A DNA stretch of 64,000 bases, from IMG/VR virus record IMGVR_UViG_3300022927_000015, positions 8,313-72,312 of that record. The stretch is one strand, 5' to 3'. Positions 41,059-51,911 of the stretch are shown piece after piece. Source of the stretch: a virus. Both the position numbers and the translations under genes were made by a program. Below the pieces are notes generated by a model. That model was not told where the DNA came from. It saw nothing but the letters and a program-made list of their open reading frames with translations, and made no database searches. Within the stretch, counting starts at the first letter, position 1; each line of letters starts with the position of its first letter.

Positions 41059-42855
41059 TTACGAGTCTATCATCATACTAACCAGATTAGAAGTATATGC
41101 AGCATCATCATCGGTGAAAATGTTTGCATTTGATTGCTTCTTAATGTTAGATATTTTATCATTTTTTATATCAGCAGCTTGATTCCCTTGTGTAGGGGAT
41201 AAGCTAACGTTACCAGCCTTAACCGATCCGTATGTTGCTACATCTTGTCCTGCTAGGTTAAGAATATCTTCTTCGCCTGCAGCAGATGCATATATTCTAC
41301 CACGCCCAGCATTAAACATATTTTCTATATCACCTTTATCTCTAGGCTTACCGTGTTTAAGGGTTACTTCAAATTTAACCTCCATCGGAAAATCATCATA
41401 TCCTAAACCATGTCCTAGAGTCATAGTAGCATTATCACAGAACATATTACCCATCATAACAATTGGATTAAGAGGATTTCCCACAGTTACATGCCAATCG
41501 CCAGTAGGCTCTCCGCTTACAAAGGTTTTAGTAGCTTGTGTACCTGAAACAGCTCCTACATTTTCACTTAAGAATCCACCTAACATGTTACCTAATAATG
41601 TTTTACCAACTTTAAGTAAACCATCTAATCCATTTTCTAAATTAAATTCACCGGTACCTCCACCGAATACATTTTTAAAACCAGTCTCCACATCAGTAAC
41701 AACACTTCCAATATAACCGCTAAAGTCACCTTGCTTAAGTTTATTAATATCACCAAACTGACTGGCAACGGCACCTGCACTACCATAGTACCTTTGGCCA
41801 CCACCAAAGAATTGACCGTTATTATAAGTCATGGTTAACATATTACTTATAATATCAATCATTGCAATTTTAGGATTAACATAGTTAAGAGATTTGAGCT
41901 CATATTCAAAATTAAGCTTCATATCTTGACTAAAGTTTAAACCTCTATCCCTAATATTAGTTTTATTAACAACATTAACAGGACCTATTACAAAGTTAGC
42001 ATAAGTAGTTCCTAGCTGATCACCGGTACTATTTAACTGACTTGCAAATTTTTGTCTTGAACTAATTCCTTTGAACGCATCAGCGGTTGCTCTACCAATA
42101 CCTCCCATCTTACTATAAAAAGGCTGCTGTGTATATCCACCATCACCACTGTCTACGGATTCCATCTCATTGGTGATTTCTTTATAGGTTAAACCATAAG
42201 ACATGGTTAAGAGGTCTTCTAATTTATTACCAGCCTTTTCTCCCATATAAGTAACTGCAGTTACACCTGCTGTTTGCGTTGCATCAACTGCCTCAGAGGT
42301 AGTAGCGGTATTGCCATCTTTTGAACCTGGTGTTTTACTTAGGTCAAAAATATTGTCTTCTACAGGAACTGGGAATCTTCTTAGCGTAACTAAATGATTT
42401 ACAGGAATCTGCTTATAGTATTTATTGTATAAAAAGTCCTGTGGCTTATATGATATTCTTGGATAGTTTTCATTATAGAATTCCATCATCTTTGCAATGG
42501 ATATATTCTTTGCATCAGTTCCACCCATTAATGAATTATTGGGGCTATCAAAAAAGTCTTTACTAACATCACCGGTTAAACCACCATACATACCTCTGAA
42601 ATTAAATAGAGCAAACCTATTAAATATAGATCTAGGTATTTCAATGTTTTGCATACCCTCAGAAACACCAAACTGGTCAGGGAGTGCCCTACCTGAAAAA
42701 AACGTCTTAGCAGTTTCTAGCTCTATTTCATGAGCCATGCCAACAGACTCCCCACCATAAACTCCTAATCTAACCGCACTGGGCGAATTAGGGTTAGGTG
42801 GAGTATTTGCATTTACACTACTATTACTTAAAGTTTCGGTCTTGTATGATGACAT
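41059..42855 (-). CDS. Baseplate tail-tube initiator/cap-like protein (gp48/gp54-like)
   Basis: LNFEYEL, WHVTVGNP, DDFPMEVKFEVTLKHGKPRD; context. Confidence 0.55.
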   Translation of the reverse strand: MSSYKTETLSNSSVNANTPPNPNSPSAVRLGVYGGESVGMAHEIELETAKTFFSGRALPDQFGVSEGMQNIEIPRSIFNRFALFNFRGMYGGLTGDVSKDFFDSPNNSLMGGTDAKNISIAKMMEFYNENYPRISYKPQDFLYNKYYKQIPVNHLVTLRRFPVPVEDNIFDLSKTPGSKDGNTATTSEAVDATQTAGVTAVTYMGEKAGNKLEDLLTMSYGLTYKEITNEMESVDSGDGGYTQQPFYSKMGGIGRATADAFKGISSRQKFASQLNSTGDQLGTTYANFVIGPVNVVNKTNIRDRGLNFSQDMKLNFEYELKSLNYVNPKIAMIDIISNMLTMTYNNGQFFGGGQRYYGSAGAVASQFGDINKLKQGDFSGYIGSVVTDVETGFKNVFGGGTGEFNLENGLDGLLKVGKTLLGNMLGGFLSENVGAVSGTQATKTFVSGEPTGDWHVTVGNPLNPIVMMGNMFCDNATMTLGHGLGYDDFPMEVKFEVTLKHGKPRDKGDIENMFNAGRGRIYASAAGEEDILNLAGQDVATYGSVKAGNVSLSPTQGNQAADIKNDKISNIKKQSNANIFTDDDAAYTSNLVSMMIDS

Positions 42856-42863
42856 ATAGGGAG

Positions 42864-42887
42864 ACTATTTTTTGTATATATTCAGCC
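42864..42887. repeat. 24-bp direct repeat, copy 1 (stop codon plus late promoter)
   Basis: actattttttgtatatattcagcc, identical at 49396-49419. Confidence 0.9.
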
Positions 42888-43445
42888 TAAGCTGTTTAGA
42901 TACTTATCAATGTCAATATCTCCTTTTTGGAATTTATCAGTCCATCCTTTTTTAAACCGTACATCAAATTCTTGTGTACTATCAGTTGATAAAGAACCCT
43001 TAAAAAATGGCCTAGCTGAAGTCTCTCTAATTTCTTTAAGATTTTTTGATATGATATAAAACTGAACCTTTTCAAACAGATCCTTTAAATCATTCTTAGT
43101 CTTTTTACACATCACAGATTCTACAATTACATAAAATCTTTCACGGTCTTTTTCGTCAAACCGCTCCTCTAAAGATCGTGTATTTGTAAAGTCTTCTTTT
43201 TTAAGTGGCATCTTTCTAGCACGGTTATCAAACTCATATTTAAAATTCATATCAAAGAAATACCTTTTTAGATATTTCATGTTATCATACATTTTAATAA
43301 TGCGAATCTTATAGAGTGGATTAACTGGATCCCATGATGTATCTACAATAAGACCTTTTATTGGCAATAAAATATTAGGCCTACTATGAGATGATAGTAG
43401 GCAGTATACAGTTTGACCCTTTGTAAATATGCGGTGTGCTTTCAT
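42882..43445 (-). CDS. Hypothetical protein
   Basis: 187 aa ORF coupled to upstream gene. Confidence 0.7.
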   Translation of the reverse strand: MKAHRIFTKGQTVYCLLSSHSRPNILLPIKGLIVDTSWDPVNPLYKIRIIKMYDNMKYLKRYFFDMNFKYEFDNRARKMPLKKEDFTNTRSLEERFDEKDRERFYVIVESVMCKKTKNDLKDLFEKVQFYIISKNLKEIRETSARPFFKGSLSTDSTQEFDVRFKKGWTDKFQKGDIDIDKYLNSLG

Positions 43446-43831
43446 TCAAATTCTACCACGTTCTCAAATAACTTTGCTGCCCCGTTTACATTGATATCAG
43501 GTGAATGATAAATGTTATATTCTATATCTCTATCTGTTAAGGTTTCAACATAATTTTTTACACCTACTACAGTTCTTTCATTAAGATTACCTAATACATA
43601 AAACACTGATGTAGTTGTAGTCCTTTCTAAAATAGTCTGTAACTGTTTCATAAGATAGGAAGATACTACTGCATCAGATGGTTCAAATTGGTAAAAGTCG
43701 TTTTTAGTTAGCTTATTAAAAATATCCATGTAATTAATACATTCAATATTTCTAGGCACCTTTCCTAAAAAACTTTTAATCCTAACGGCATCTTTAGAAT
43801 ATATGAAATTAAATTCTATCCTTGTTTCCAT
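43442..43831 (-). CDS. Hypothetical protein
   Basis: 129 aa ORF in operon. Confidence 0.7.
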   Translation of the reverse strand: METRIEFNFIYSKDAVRIKSFLGKVPRNIECINYMDIFNKLTKNDFYQFEPSDAVVSSYLMKQLQTILERTTTTSVFYVLGNLNERTVVGVKNYVETLTDRDIEYNIYHSPDINVNGAAKLFENVVEFE

Positions 43832-44145
43832 TCCTTTAGCAAATCAATCTCAGCCTGGAGCTCTCTTATTTTACTCTCTACTTCCTTTTTGTTAGGCTCA
43901 TAGTGAGTTCCCCAAACCGTATCAAACTGCAGGACATTCTTGTCAAATTTATTACCACACTCTAAACCTAAGTCTTCACAAAGTTCAAAGAAGAATTTCA
44001 TGATGTACTCATATCTATTTGAGTCTGAATCTGATTCTTCATAAACATCGGTTGAAGTCCACTGTTCTTTACCTCCACCATGATTATCATCAATGACTCT
44101 CTTTATGACACCATTTCTAGCTGGTTCTAGAACTATCTTAACCAT
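43816..44145 (-). CDS. Hypothetical protein
   Basis: Likely start MVKIVLEPARNG at 44145, avoiding a long overlap with the upstream gene. Confidence 0.65.
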   Translation of the reverse strand: MVKIVLEPARNGVIKRVIDDNHGGGKEQWTSTDVYEESDSDSNRYEYIMKFFFELCEDLGLECGNKFDKNVLQFDTVWGTHYEPNKKEVESKIRELQAEIDLLKEWKQG

Positions 44146-44344
44146 TGGCCTCCTTTTGGTCTTGTTCTTCACCTTGTGCGGATATAGCGCGATCTACATT
44201 AGCTGCATGGATTTCTTTTCCTGCTTTAATGTTTTCACGAACATATTCTGCCCATTCTTTGAGTGATGCTTTTGACTTGGCTTTAAGTATACCTTGATAC
44301 TTTAACATTTGTCTGCGCTGTCTACGATTTGGAATCTGTGTCAT
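44138..44344 (-). CDS. Small basic hypothetical protein
   Basis: PNRRQRR N-terminus; late promoter 44359-44366. Confidence 0.65.
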   Translation of the reverse strand: MTQIPNRRQRRQMLKYQGILKAKSKASLKEWAEYVRENIKAGKEIHAANVDRAISAQGEEQDQKEANG

Positions 44345-44372
44345 ATGATTAATTTTATTATATATTACTATG

Positions 44373-44864
44373 CTAGTCGGCCTGGTATCTGGACTTAATC
44401 AGTTGCTTAATACTTTCAAATAAGCTATCCTTTACTAGATCTTCTGATATTTGATCTTTAATATAAGATTCTAATTCTTCATTAACTTCATCCAAGTCAA
44501 ATGATGTGCTAATAATTTCATATATAGCTTTTTTAGGTACATCTATTGGAAACGTAAGATTAAGCTTTACACCATCATTCTTTTTCTGTTTATCAAAAAG
44601 AGTTCTAATAGGTGATGTTACTTTAGGTTGTGTAGTTACCTTTTCTTTATAAGTCTCGGCAGCTTTAGTTAATGCCGGGTTTGGTGGATTAAAGTCAAGA
44701 GGTTCACCATCAATTGGCATTAAGAATTCACTAATAAGAGATGTTGCAATCCTAGAGCCACTTTCAAAAGTAGTCCATTCACCATCATTTCCACTAATGA
44801 CTTCAACAGTACCTATCTTATCACCCTTTATCCACTGAAGCTGTTCCTTTTCCAAATTATCCAT
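44373..44864 (-). CDS. Hypothetical protein
   Basis: 163 aa; class II promoter at 44883-44912. Confidence 0.7.
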   Translation of the reverse strand: MDNLEKEQLQWIKGDKIGTVEVISGNDGEWTTFESGSRIATSLISEFLMPIDGEPLDFNPPNPALTKAAETYKEKVTTQPKVTSPIRTLFDKQKKNDGVKLNLTFPIDVPKKAIYEIISTSFDLDEVNEELESYIKDQISEDLVKDSLFESIKQLIKSRYQAD

Positions 44865-44915
44865 ACTATTATCCTTTAGTAATTATTATACTAGGAAAAA
44901 GAAAATTGTTTACGA

Positions 44916-47900
44916 TTAAAGAGGGTTGTCTTCAGCCCATAGCTTCCAAACTAAACTCCAAGGCTCAGTACTAGCAATATCTCCAGTACCAGCCCACCCA
45001 ATAACAAGCCTATCATTAACAGCGCTAGTGATTGTGCCTGGTGTAAATGTTAAAGTATCACACTTATACCAAAGGGCATCATTTTGGTTTGTCCAGTTTC
45101 CGGTATTATCTGTCGATCCTATTTGGCTTAATTGGAAATCATTACCACTACTAAACTGACCACATGTCCACTTAAATAAACCTACATAAAGATTAGGTGG
45201 ATTTGTAGTACCAACATGAGTACCTGTTATTCTTAACTTATAAACAGTACCATCTGCACCAATATCGTTAATTATTGGTATCATATGAGTTCCGTACGAT
45301 CTACTTAATACTGGCGGAACCCCTGATAGAGAAGGAATTGCATTAGTCCAATCGTATGCACTCCAACCTTCCGCAGCACCACCACCTGATTGGAAACTTA
45401 TACCACCTGTATACGGAGTTACTCCACTTTTAAAATAAATAGCCCCTTCTGCGATTGGGTTTTCATCTCCATAGGTTGAACCGCCAGATCCTGCAGGACC
45501 AGTGGCTCCAATAGGTCCTTGTGGCCCTTGCGGTCCGGTTACACCTGTACCAATTGGCCCTTGTGGCCCTTGAACACCTTGTATACCTTGTGGTCCTTGT
45601 GGACCTTGAACACCAGTGGCTCCAGTAGGTCCAGTTGCACCGCTCTTAGCTACACAGTAAATAGTTTCAGTGGAAGTAGTAAATGTTTGGTTAGGTCCGG
45701 CTGCATGAGAGACTGTTAAAATAATTGCACCTGGCGAACCTCCAATTGGAGTAATCGCAGTAACATCATATGTATCAGGATTACTTGTTCCTTGGGTAAG
45801 AGATACAATATCTCCAGGTAAAGGAAGTTCATTAGTTGATCCTGCTGAATTACTTATAAAGATTTGAGTTACGCCTGATGCCGTAGAACTATTGACCGCA
45901 AATGTACCAGCAACAGATCCACCAACCCTAAAGACTGATGATGGAATTACTTCACAACCTGCACTAACTATTTGAGCACCAGCTGCTCCAGTTGGTCCTT
46001 GTGGTCCTTGCGGTCCAGTTTCACCTTGTGGTCCCTGTGGTCCAGTTTCACCCTGTGGTCCTTGTGGTCCAGTTTCACCCTGTGGTCCTTGTGGTCCAGT
46101 TTCACCTTGTGGTCCTTGTGGTCCTTGTTCTCCCTGCGGTCCTTGAATTCCTCTTGGACCTTGCGGCCCAGCTTCACCTTGTGGTCCTTGTGGCCCTTGA
46201 ATACCAGTAGCTCCTATTGAACCTTGTGGTCCTTGTGGCCCTTGAACACCAGTAGCTCCAGTTTCACCACCCGGTCCTTGAACACCAGTTGCTCCTATTG
46301 AACCTTGTGGTCCTTGAGGTCCTTGAGGTCCTTGAATACCGGTGGCACCAGTTTCACCTATACCGGTAGCACCTATTGATCCTTGAGGTCCTTGAACACC
46401 TGTTGCCCCTATAGGTCCTTGAACACCAGTAGCACCTGCACCAGTAGCTCCAACTGGTCCTTGAACACCAGTAGCACCAGTTAATCCATTACCTACAACT
46501 TTAGTTAGGTTAAAATTAATATTATGACTCGTTAATGCAGGAGTTCCACTATCAACTTTAAATCTTAAATCAATAACATCACCTGCAGTTAAGTCCACTA
46601 AATCAGTAGTTGAAAATGAACCTATACTATTATTAGACATTGAACGACTAGAAACAGTTGATGAAATTGGATTACCGTTTTTATGTACGGCAACCGTTAG
46701 CTTGGCATTTGCATTAAGAGAAACTGTATAAGCAGCAGATATTTGATATACTCCACCTTCTCCTGCTGAAATAACCAGTGTATCACCTTGCGGTGGTCCA
46801 CTAGATGCTACATAAGACATTTGATTTAGTTCACCCTGTATTGCTTCATCCCAGCCTACATAAGAAGTACTTAAGTTAAGAGTATTAGCGCCCTCAGGAT
46901 CTACTTGGTACATTTCACCATAAGCAATTGATCCGCTTATTACACCAGCAGGCCCAGTAGCACCAGTAGGTCCTTGAGGACCTTGAATACCAGTAGCCCC
47001 ATCTGCACCAGTAGCACCAATTGAACCAATCCCGGTTGCCCCTATAGGACCCTGTTCACCCTGTGGTCCTTGAACACCTTGAATACCTTGTGGTCCTTGT
47101 GGTCCTTGCGGTCCAGTTGCTCCAATTTCACCAACACCAGTAGCACCGGTTAGACCTTGTGGTCCTTGGATACCAGTGGCACCAATTCCTCCAGCACCAG
47201 TGGCACCAATTGGTCCTTGCGGTCCTTGCGGTCCAGTTGCTCCAATTCCACCAGCACCAGTGGCCCCAGTTAAACCCGTAGCACCAGTAGCTCCAGTTTC
47301 TCCCTTATCACCAGTTACAACAAATGAAACAATTACTTCTTCATCCATAGTAAACGGTGAAGATGCTGTAGATGCAATTGGAACTACGTCTATTTCCCAC
47401 CATCCGGTATTATCAGTAAGATCACTTATTTGAAATAATATAAATTCTGTTGCATCAGCAGAAGAGCTAATTCTAACATGCCCTTTTGGTATTGATGTTG
47501 ATGCATCTATTGTTTGTAAGAATGTTGAAATATCTCCACCACCAGTATATGCCGTATCGTTGATAGACATTATAGTAGAGGTATTTTGTGTTGCATTATT
47601 TAATGACACATACCCAAACCCAGGATCTGCTACAGATGTAACAGTATTAAAGTCATATGTAAATGAAGCTCCGCCAAAAGTACCATCTGCACCAGTAGCA
47701 CCAGTAAGACCAGTAGCACCTGGAGGCCCATCAACACCTGGAGGCCCTTGCGGACCATTACCACCTATTTCTCCCTGTGGTCCCTGTGGTCCCTGTGGTC
47801 CATCAACACCAGTAGCTCCAGTTTCACCTATGCCAGTAGCACCAATAGGTCCTTGGGGTCCTTGAACACCAGTGGCTCCAGTTGGACCTTGGACACCAGT

Positions 47901-48785
47901 AGCCCCAAACCCGGTAGCTCCAACTGGCCCAGTAGCACCAGCTGGTCCTTGTGGCCCAGTGGCACCAGTATCTCCAGTTAACCCAGCTGCAGCAGGTGAT
48001 ATGTTTATCCAATTACTTCCATTCCATTGTAAGATATCGGAATTTGATGGTGAAGGTGCATTAACATTAGAAAGCATACTTATAGTAGGAGATCCACTGT
48101 TAAGGTTAGCTAAATCTACTTCACTTTCATCAAAATTATAAACTACATTATTATTAACCCCATCTAAATTAGCGGTTAGCGGAGTTCCTGTTGTATTAGT
48201 AGCAGTTAATCCTCTAAAAGTTAGTGTAGTGCCGGACATACCAGCAAAAAGATTATTACCACCAACCCCAATATTAGTACCTTGGTTAACTTCACCGCTT
48301 GCACCTGTGTTTATAAGCTTTATAGAGTTTGTCGTGGTATCATATTGTAAACTCATACCAGGACCTGCAATTAATCTAAATGTGTCATTAGGTGTTGTTG
48401 AAAAAAGAGTCCCATCATCGGTTGTTTGAAAAGACCCTGTTGCTCCAGTATAGTTAAGTACAACTTTACCAAACCCTGGGCTAGCTCCTACTGTAATATC
48501 TCCGGATCCAATACCTCCAATGATATCCCATTCATTTTGATCAAATACACCTCTCGTGGTTCTCTTATTAGCTCTCCACCAAACTAAAGCTTCTGATGAT
48601 ACACTTGTACCGCCAGTAGGTTCAATGACCTCTACTGGGTGATATACAATATGACCTTCTTCATAAGTTCTATCGTCAACCCACGGGTTTGCTACTGCTT
48701 TAAAATTATCATCCACTTCTCCGTTAAAAAGTTCTCTTTTAACTTCTGTTCTATAGATGATATATTCTTTTAAATTGAATGCCAT
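44916..48785 (-). CDS. Collagen-like tail fibre/whisker protein
   Basis: Four Gly-X-Y blocks (GPQ/GAT/GET) separated by globular domains, one resembling C1q/BclA-C; late promoter. Confidence 0.85.
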   Translation of the reverse strand: MAFNLKEYIIYRTEVKRELFNGEVDDNFKAVANPWVDDRTYEEGHIVYHPVEVIEPTGGTSVSSEALVWWRANKRTTRGVFDQNEWDIIGGIGSGDITVGASPGFGKVVLNYTGATGSFQTTDDGTLFSTTPNDTFRLIAGPGMSLQYDTTTNSIKLINTGASGEVNQGTNIGVGGNNLFAGMSGTTLTFRGLTATNTTGTPLTANLDGVNNNVVYNFDESEVDLANLNSGSPTISMLSNVNAPSPSNSDILQWNGSNWINISPAAAGLTGDTGATGPQGPAGATGPVGATGFGATGVQGPTGATGVQGPQGPIGATGIGETGATGVDGPQGPQGPQGEIGGNGPQGPPGVDGPPGATGLTGATGADGTFGGASFTYDFNTVTSVADPGFGYVSLNNATQNTSTIMSINDTAYTGGGDISTFLQTIDASTSIPKGHVRISSSADATEFILFQISDLTDNTGWWEIDVVPIASTASSPFTMDEEVIVSFVVTGDKGETGATGATGLTGATGAGGIGATGPQGPQGPIGATGAGGIGATGIQGPQGLTGATGVGEIGATGPQGPQGPQGIQGVQGPQGEQGPIGATGIGSIGATGADGATGIQGPQGPTGATGPAGVISGSIAYGEMYQVDPEGANTLNLSTSYVGWDEAIQGELNQMSYVASSGPPQGDTLVISAGEGGVYQISAAYTVSLNANAKLTVAVHKNGNPISSTVSSRSMSNNSIGSFSTTDLVDLTAGDVIDLRFKVDSGTPALTSHNINFNLTKVVGNGLTGATGVQGPVGATGAGATGVQGPIGATGVQGPQGSIGATGIGETGATGIQGPQGPQGPQGSIGATGVQGPGGETGATGVQGPQGPQGSIGATGIQGPQGPQGEAGPQGPRGIQGPQGEQGPQGPQGETGPQGPQGETGPQGPQGETGPQGPQGETGPQGPQGPTGAAGAQIVSAGCEVIPSSVFRVGGSVAGTFAVNSSTASGVTQIFISNSAGSTNELPLPGDIVSLTQGTSNPDTYDVTAITPIGGSPGAIILTVSHAAGPNQTFTTSTETIYCVAKSGATGPTGATGVQGPQGPQGIQGVQGPQGPIGTGVTGPQGPQGPIGATGPAGSGGSTYGDENPIAEGAIYFKSGVTPYTGGISFQSGGGAAEGWSAYDWTNAIPSLSGVPPVLSRSYGTHMIPIINDIGADGTVYKLRITGTHVGTTNPPNLYVGLFKWTCGQFSSGNDFQLSQIGSTDNTGNWTNQNDALWYKCDTLTFTPGTITSAVNDRLVIGWAGTGDIASTEPWSLVWKLWAEDNPL
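45998..46130. repeat. 27-bp tandem repeat encoding (GPQGPQGET)n in the collagen gene
   Basis: About 4-5 near-identical units. Confidence 0.85.
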
Positions 48786-48805
48786 TTACTTTAGTCTTTT
48801 TTTAT

Positions 48806-49387
48806 TTATTCTGGCGGTTCATTAATAATGTTAGCATCATCATAAGGAAATTCTGCTACATTATTATTAGAAGTTAACGCTAATCTTAGTTGGTTGAGAT
48901 ACCATGTACCTTCCGACCAACCAGGCTCGGCATAACACGGTGAATAAATCCCAGTTTTATATATCCTATAAATTTCATTATAGTACTTCCTATAGTCCTG
49001 TACTGCTTTATCAATGAAAGCTTTTTGTCTCTTAGTTAAAACTGCTCTTTGTGTATTTCTCTGTAAATCAAAGTCTGAACCTGTAGTAAGTCTAAAGTCA
49101 CCTGTTAAATCAGAGGCTCTGTATTCTGTAATAAAGTCATACAAATCACTAGCGGCTAAAAATAACTCAATTGAAACTATGTCACCAACAAAACAGTTAT
49201 CAAAAGGAATGTAATGCTCCTGGTAAAAAGCATTCAATTCCTCTACACTGTTAAAGTCAGTGAATTCTGTTTTTTGACTAGCCTCATCATAAAAGCCTAG
49301 TCTAGTCTTTGACATATTGATCCTATTCTTCTTTAAGTAAACAAAAAAGTCTAGGGTTAATTTAAAAGTTAATGCTTCAACGACCAA
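48806..49387 (-). CDS. Hypothetical late protein (TTG start)
   Basis: TTG lies 9 nt from the repeated late-promoter element, the same spacing as ATG 42855. Confidence 0.65.
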   Translation of the reverse strand: MVVEALTFKLTLDFFVYLKKNRINMSKTRLGFYDEASQKTEFTDFNSVEELNAFYQEHYIPFDNCFVGDIVSIELFLAASDLYDFITEYRASDLTGDFRLTTGSDFDLQRNTQRAVLTKRQKAFIDKAVQDYRKYYNEIYRIYKTGIYSPCYAEPGWSEGTWYLNQLRLALTSNNNVAEFPYDDANIINEPPE

Positions 49388-49395
49388 GAGGACAT

Positions 49396-49419
49396 ACTAT
49401 TTTTTGTATATATTCAGCC
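49396..49419. repeat. 24-bp direct repeat, copy 2 (stop codon plus late promoter)
   Basis: Identical to 42864-42887. Confidence 0.9.
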
Positions 49420-49887
49420 CTTTATAGAATGGTAGTCGTTTATAAGTTTAGAAATATTTCCGTGTGTGATGTTGCATCTATCAAAGATTACTAAATGATC
49501 CATGTCTCGGTAATCATCAATCCAATATACATGTTTAAATCCAGCATTTACTAGGATCTTTGTACACATCTTACATGGGGAGAGGGTAAGCAGAATGATA
49601 TAGTTTTCAGGATCATATTCCTTAAACTTAGCAATCATATTTACCTCAGCATGGATAAACCCACTTTCACCAGGTGTGAGAGACTCTTCTTCTGTTCCTG
49701 TTACATCATTAATGCCAGCTCCGCTATAAGATCCATTATAACCAAAGCTAGCAATTTTACTAAAGTCTTTTCTTAATGCCATACACCCAACCTTTGTTGT
49801 GGATGAATTAGATAAATTCCTAATACTCTTAAGAATATCAGTAAATGCTTCTATCTTTATTTGAAGTCGTCGAATTTTGGTATCCAT
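49414..49887 (-). CDS. dCMP deaminase
   Basis: KVGC, GYNG, HAEVN, SPCKMC zinc-binding motifs. Confidence 0.9.
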   Translation of the reverse strand: MDTKIRRLQIKIEAFTDILKSIRNLSNSSTTKVGCMALRKDFSKIASFGYNGSYSGAGINDVTGTEEESLTPGESGFIHAEVNMIAKFKEYDPENYIILLTLSPCKMCTKILVNAGFKHVYWIDDYRDMDHLVIFDRCNITHGNISKLINDYHSIKG

Positions 49888-50444
49888 TTCTGCTTAATTA
49901 GAGTGGCGTCCATTTTAATGTCTTTATTCTCTCTTGCCAACCTTTTTGCAATATTGACATTTTCCTTATCATCATCAAAGAAGGTAAAGTTTCTAAAGCC
50001 CATTTGGACAAATTTCATAAAGGCTTCTTTTTTCTTTTGGGCAGTAGATCCAGTAAAACCTAGATTAGGATCATTAATAGCAAATATGTAATCTGGGTTA
50101 ATGTTAATTCCATGATGAGATAAGAAATCATAGATGAGGTCAGCACTATCCCTTGCTGTGATAATACCTACTGGCTTACCTTTTGCTATTGTTCTTTTTA
50201 AAATATTGAACACCCATTCAATAATCATACCACCTTTAAGTATATTAGGATTTTGAAAATCAGAAAAATCCATCTTATCATTAGGCCTCTGCTGAAATGT
50301 ATTGAATTCTTGTGGTGTAAGCTCTGTAGAAAAACCGGTTTTAGGATTATGAACTTTAATCTTGCTCTTAGTTACAACAAGAGTATCATCAACATCAAAT
50401 ATAGTGATGTCTTTATTGTTCATATATCCTTCATATAGTTTCAT
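49857..50444 (-). CDS. HAD-superfamily phosphatase
   Basis: FDVDDTL, IITAR, K, FFDDD..N motifs; late promoter 50451-50458. Confidence 0.8.
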   Translation of the reverse strand: MKLYEGYMNNKDITIFDVDDTLVVTKSKIKVHNPKTGFSTELTPQEFNTFQQRPNDKMDFSDFQNPNILKGGMIIEWVFNILKRTIAKGKPVGIITARDSADLIYDFLSHHGININPDYIFAINDPNLGFTGSTAQKKKEAFMKFVQMGFRNFTFFDDDKENVNIAKRLARENKDIKMDATLIKQKWIPKFDDFK

Positions 50445-50505
50445 ACAATATATTTATTAGTGCGTAAGTGTTCTCCCACCAGAGGTGAGATATGGTATAG
50501 ACCGG

Positions 50506-51828
50506 TTAACAGTCTCTACCATTCTCGTATATGTGTTTCACTACCGGGAAGCGGAGCGAATAACCACCCATCTGATTTTGCGATTCCTCAAAGTATTGAA
50601 CAGTTACAGTCTTACCGATGAGTTCATCATGGCGAGTAAGATAGTATTCTCGTTGTTCTTTAGAGAACCCAGATCCTACTGATACCCGGTACCCTTTATG
50701 TTCAATAATGATATTACTTAGACCTTCCTTTTCAATCTGTTGACCGTTTTCAGTCCATCTCATGGTGCCGTTAGCACATTCCAATACCGTGTATTCAGCA
50801 TCATGGAATTTCTTAACCTTCAGTAGGTTGTGGCTTCTCTTACCTTCATAACCGATATCCTTACGAACCATGATACCTTCAAACCCAGCCTCTTCGGCTT
50901 CTTTGACCATTTCGGTAAACTGTTCTTCGGTAGTCAATTGAACCTGTGGTAAGAATTCCAACATATCAGAGTTAATATTTTCTGGTAGGCGGTCATATCC
51001 GTTGCGGAGTCTTTCAGTAAGAGGTGTGGTACCAACCTTATCATCAAATTCATCTAAGGTTAAGTAATCAAATACAAAGAACTTAGGATTTTCAATTTGA
51101 TGATTCTTCTTTCGGATCTGTTTCATAATTCCTTGGAAGTCTTCATTACCATCTTTATCCACCATACAGATTTCTCCATCTAGGATAAAGTCTCCACCTA
51201 TCTTAGAAATTTCATCGGCAAGTTTACCTAGAGTTTCAAATTCTTTTCCGTTCCTTGAGAAGAATGTAACTGTGTTCATTTCCTTACGGCAGATACAACG
51301 GACACCATCCAATTTTCTAGAACCGTACCATTCTCCACTTTGAAAATCCACTCTGTTTGGGTTGTAGGCATTTGCCAAAGCCACCTTAAAGGTAGGAATA
51401 AGTTCTGGGTGGATTGCCTTATTGATAGAGGTAGTGCCACAGCCCATATTCAGATCCCGGTTAAGAATTGAATAAATAACGGTCTCCCATTCTGGCCATT
51501 CTTGAATGAAGCGGTTTACATTAGCAATTGCAGAGTGACCAGTACAGACCCGGTTTCTAAGATCGTCTAATAATGTGAAGATACTACCGTAAGTAAAGCG
51601 ATGTCCTAGAAGATCCGAATTCTTTCTACAGTTCTTTGGGGTAACATTGTACTTATAGTAAGGATTGTAGGTATAGAAGAAAACCTTTTGAAGAAATTCT
51701 CTATCCTCATTCTCCTCAGAATTGTCAGCATATTTTTTGAGGGTTGCAATTTTATGATTCCCTGAAGAAGATGATTGCATTTCTTCTAGGAAGGATTGCA
51801 GATAATTGAGATTTGTGTATTCAGTCAT
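50506..51828 (-). CDS. ATP-dependent DNA ligase
   Basis: KLDGVR, LDGE, FFVFD, EGIMVR, LLKVK, SVGSGF, LRFP. Confidence 0.95.
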   Translation of the reverse strand: MTEYTNLNYLQSFLEEMQSSSSGNHKIATLKKYADNSEENEDREFLQKVFFYTYNPYYKYNVTPKNCRKNSDLLGHRFTYGSIFTLLDDLRNRVCTGHSAIANVNRFIQEWPEWETVIYSILNRDLNMGCGTTSINKAIHPELIPTFKVALANAYNPNRVDFQSGEWYGSRKLDGVRCICRKEMNTVTFFSRNGKEFETLGKLADEISKIGGDFILDGEICMVDKDGNEDFQGIMKQIRKKNHQIENPKFFVFDYLTLDEFDDKVGTTPLTERLRNGYDRLPENINSDMLEFLPQVQLTTEEQFTEMVKEAEEAGFEGIMVRKDIGYEGKRSHNLLKVKKFHDAEYTVLECANGTMRWTENGQQIEKEGLSNIIIEHKGYRVSVGSGFSKEQREYYLTRHDELIGKTVTVQYFEESQNQMGGYSLRFPVVKHIYENGRDC

Positions 51829-51851
51829 ATTCCGTTTAAATTTGTATATTA

Positions 51852-51882
51852 TAAATATAATACAAATAATTGGGAATTGAAA
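51852..51882 (-). promoter_or_regulatory. Class I (early, host sigma-like) promoter TTTCAA-N16-TTATATTTA
   Basis: 24 bp identical to 58167-58190; resembles Bacteroidota TTTG-N19-21-TAnnTTTG. Confidence 0.65.
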
Positions 51883-51911
51883 ATTTTTCTAGGACTTTTT
51901 TCAAAAAGTTA

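Noticed and set aside
45998-46130. Regular 27-bp repeats as a possible CRISPR array
   Set aside because: No spacers; they are in-frame tandem coding repeats, and no cas genes are present
45519-48429. Many plus-strand and alternate-frame ORFs with repeats ([27 protein letters not shown])
   Set aside because: Shadow translations of the collagen Gly-X-Y repeats, with no promoters or independent coding signal
49369-49395. Short ATG-initiated ORF MSSWSLKH overlapping the TTG start
   Set aside because: TTG spacing from the repeated promoter element equals that of the ATG at the sister copy, so neither a frameshift nor a functional uORF is required
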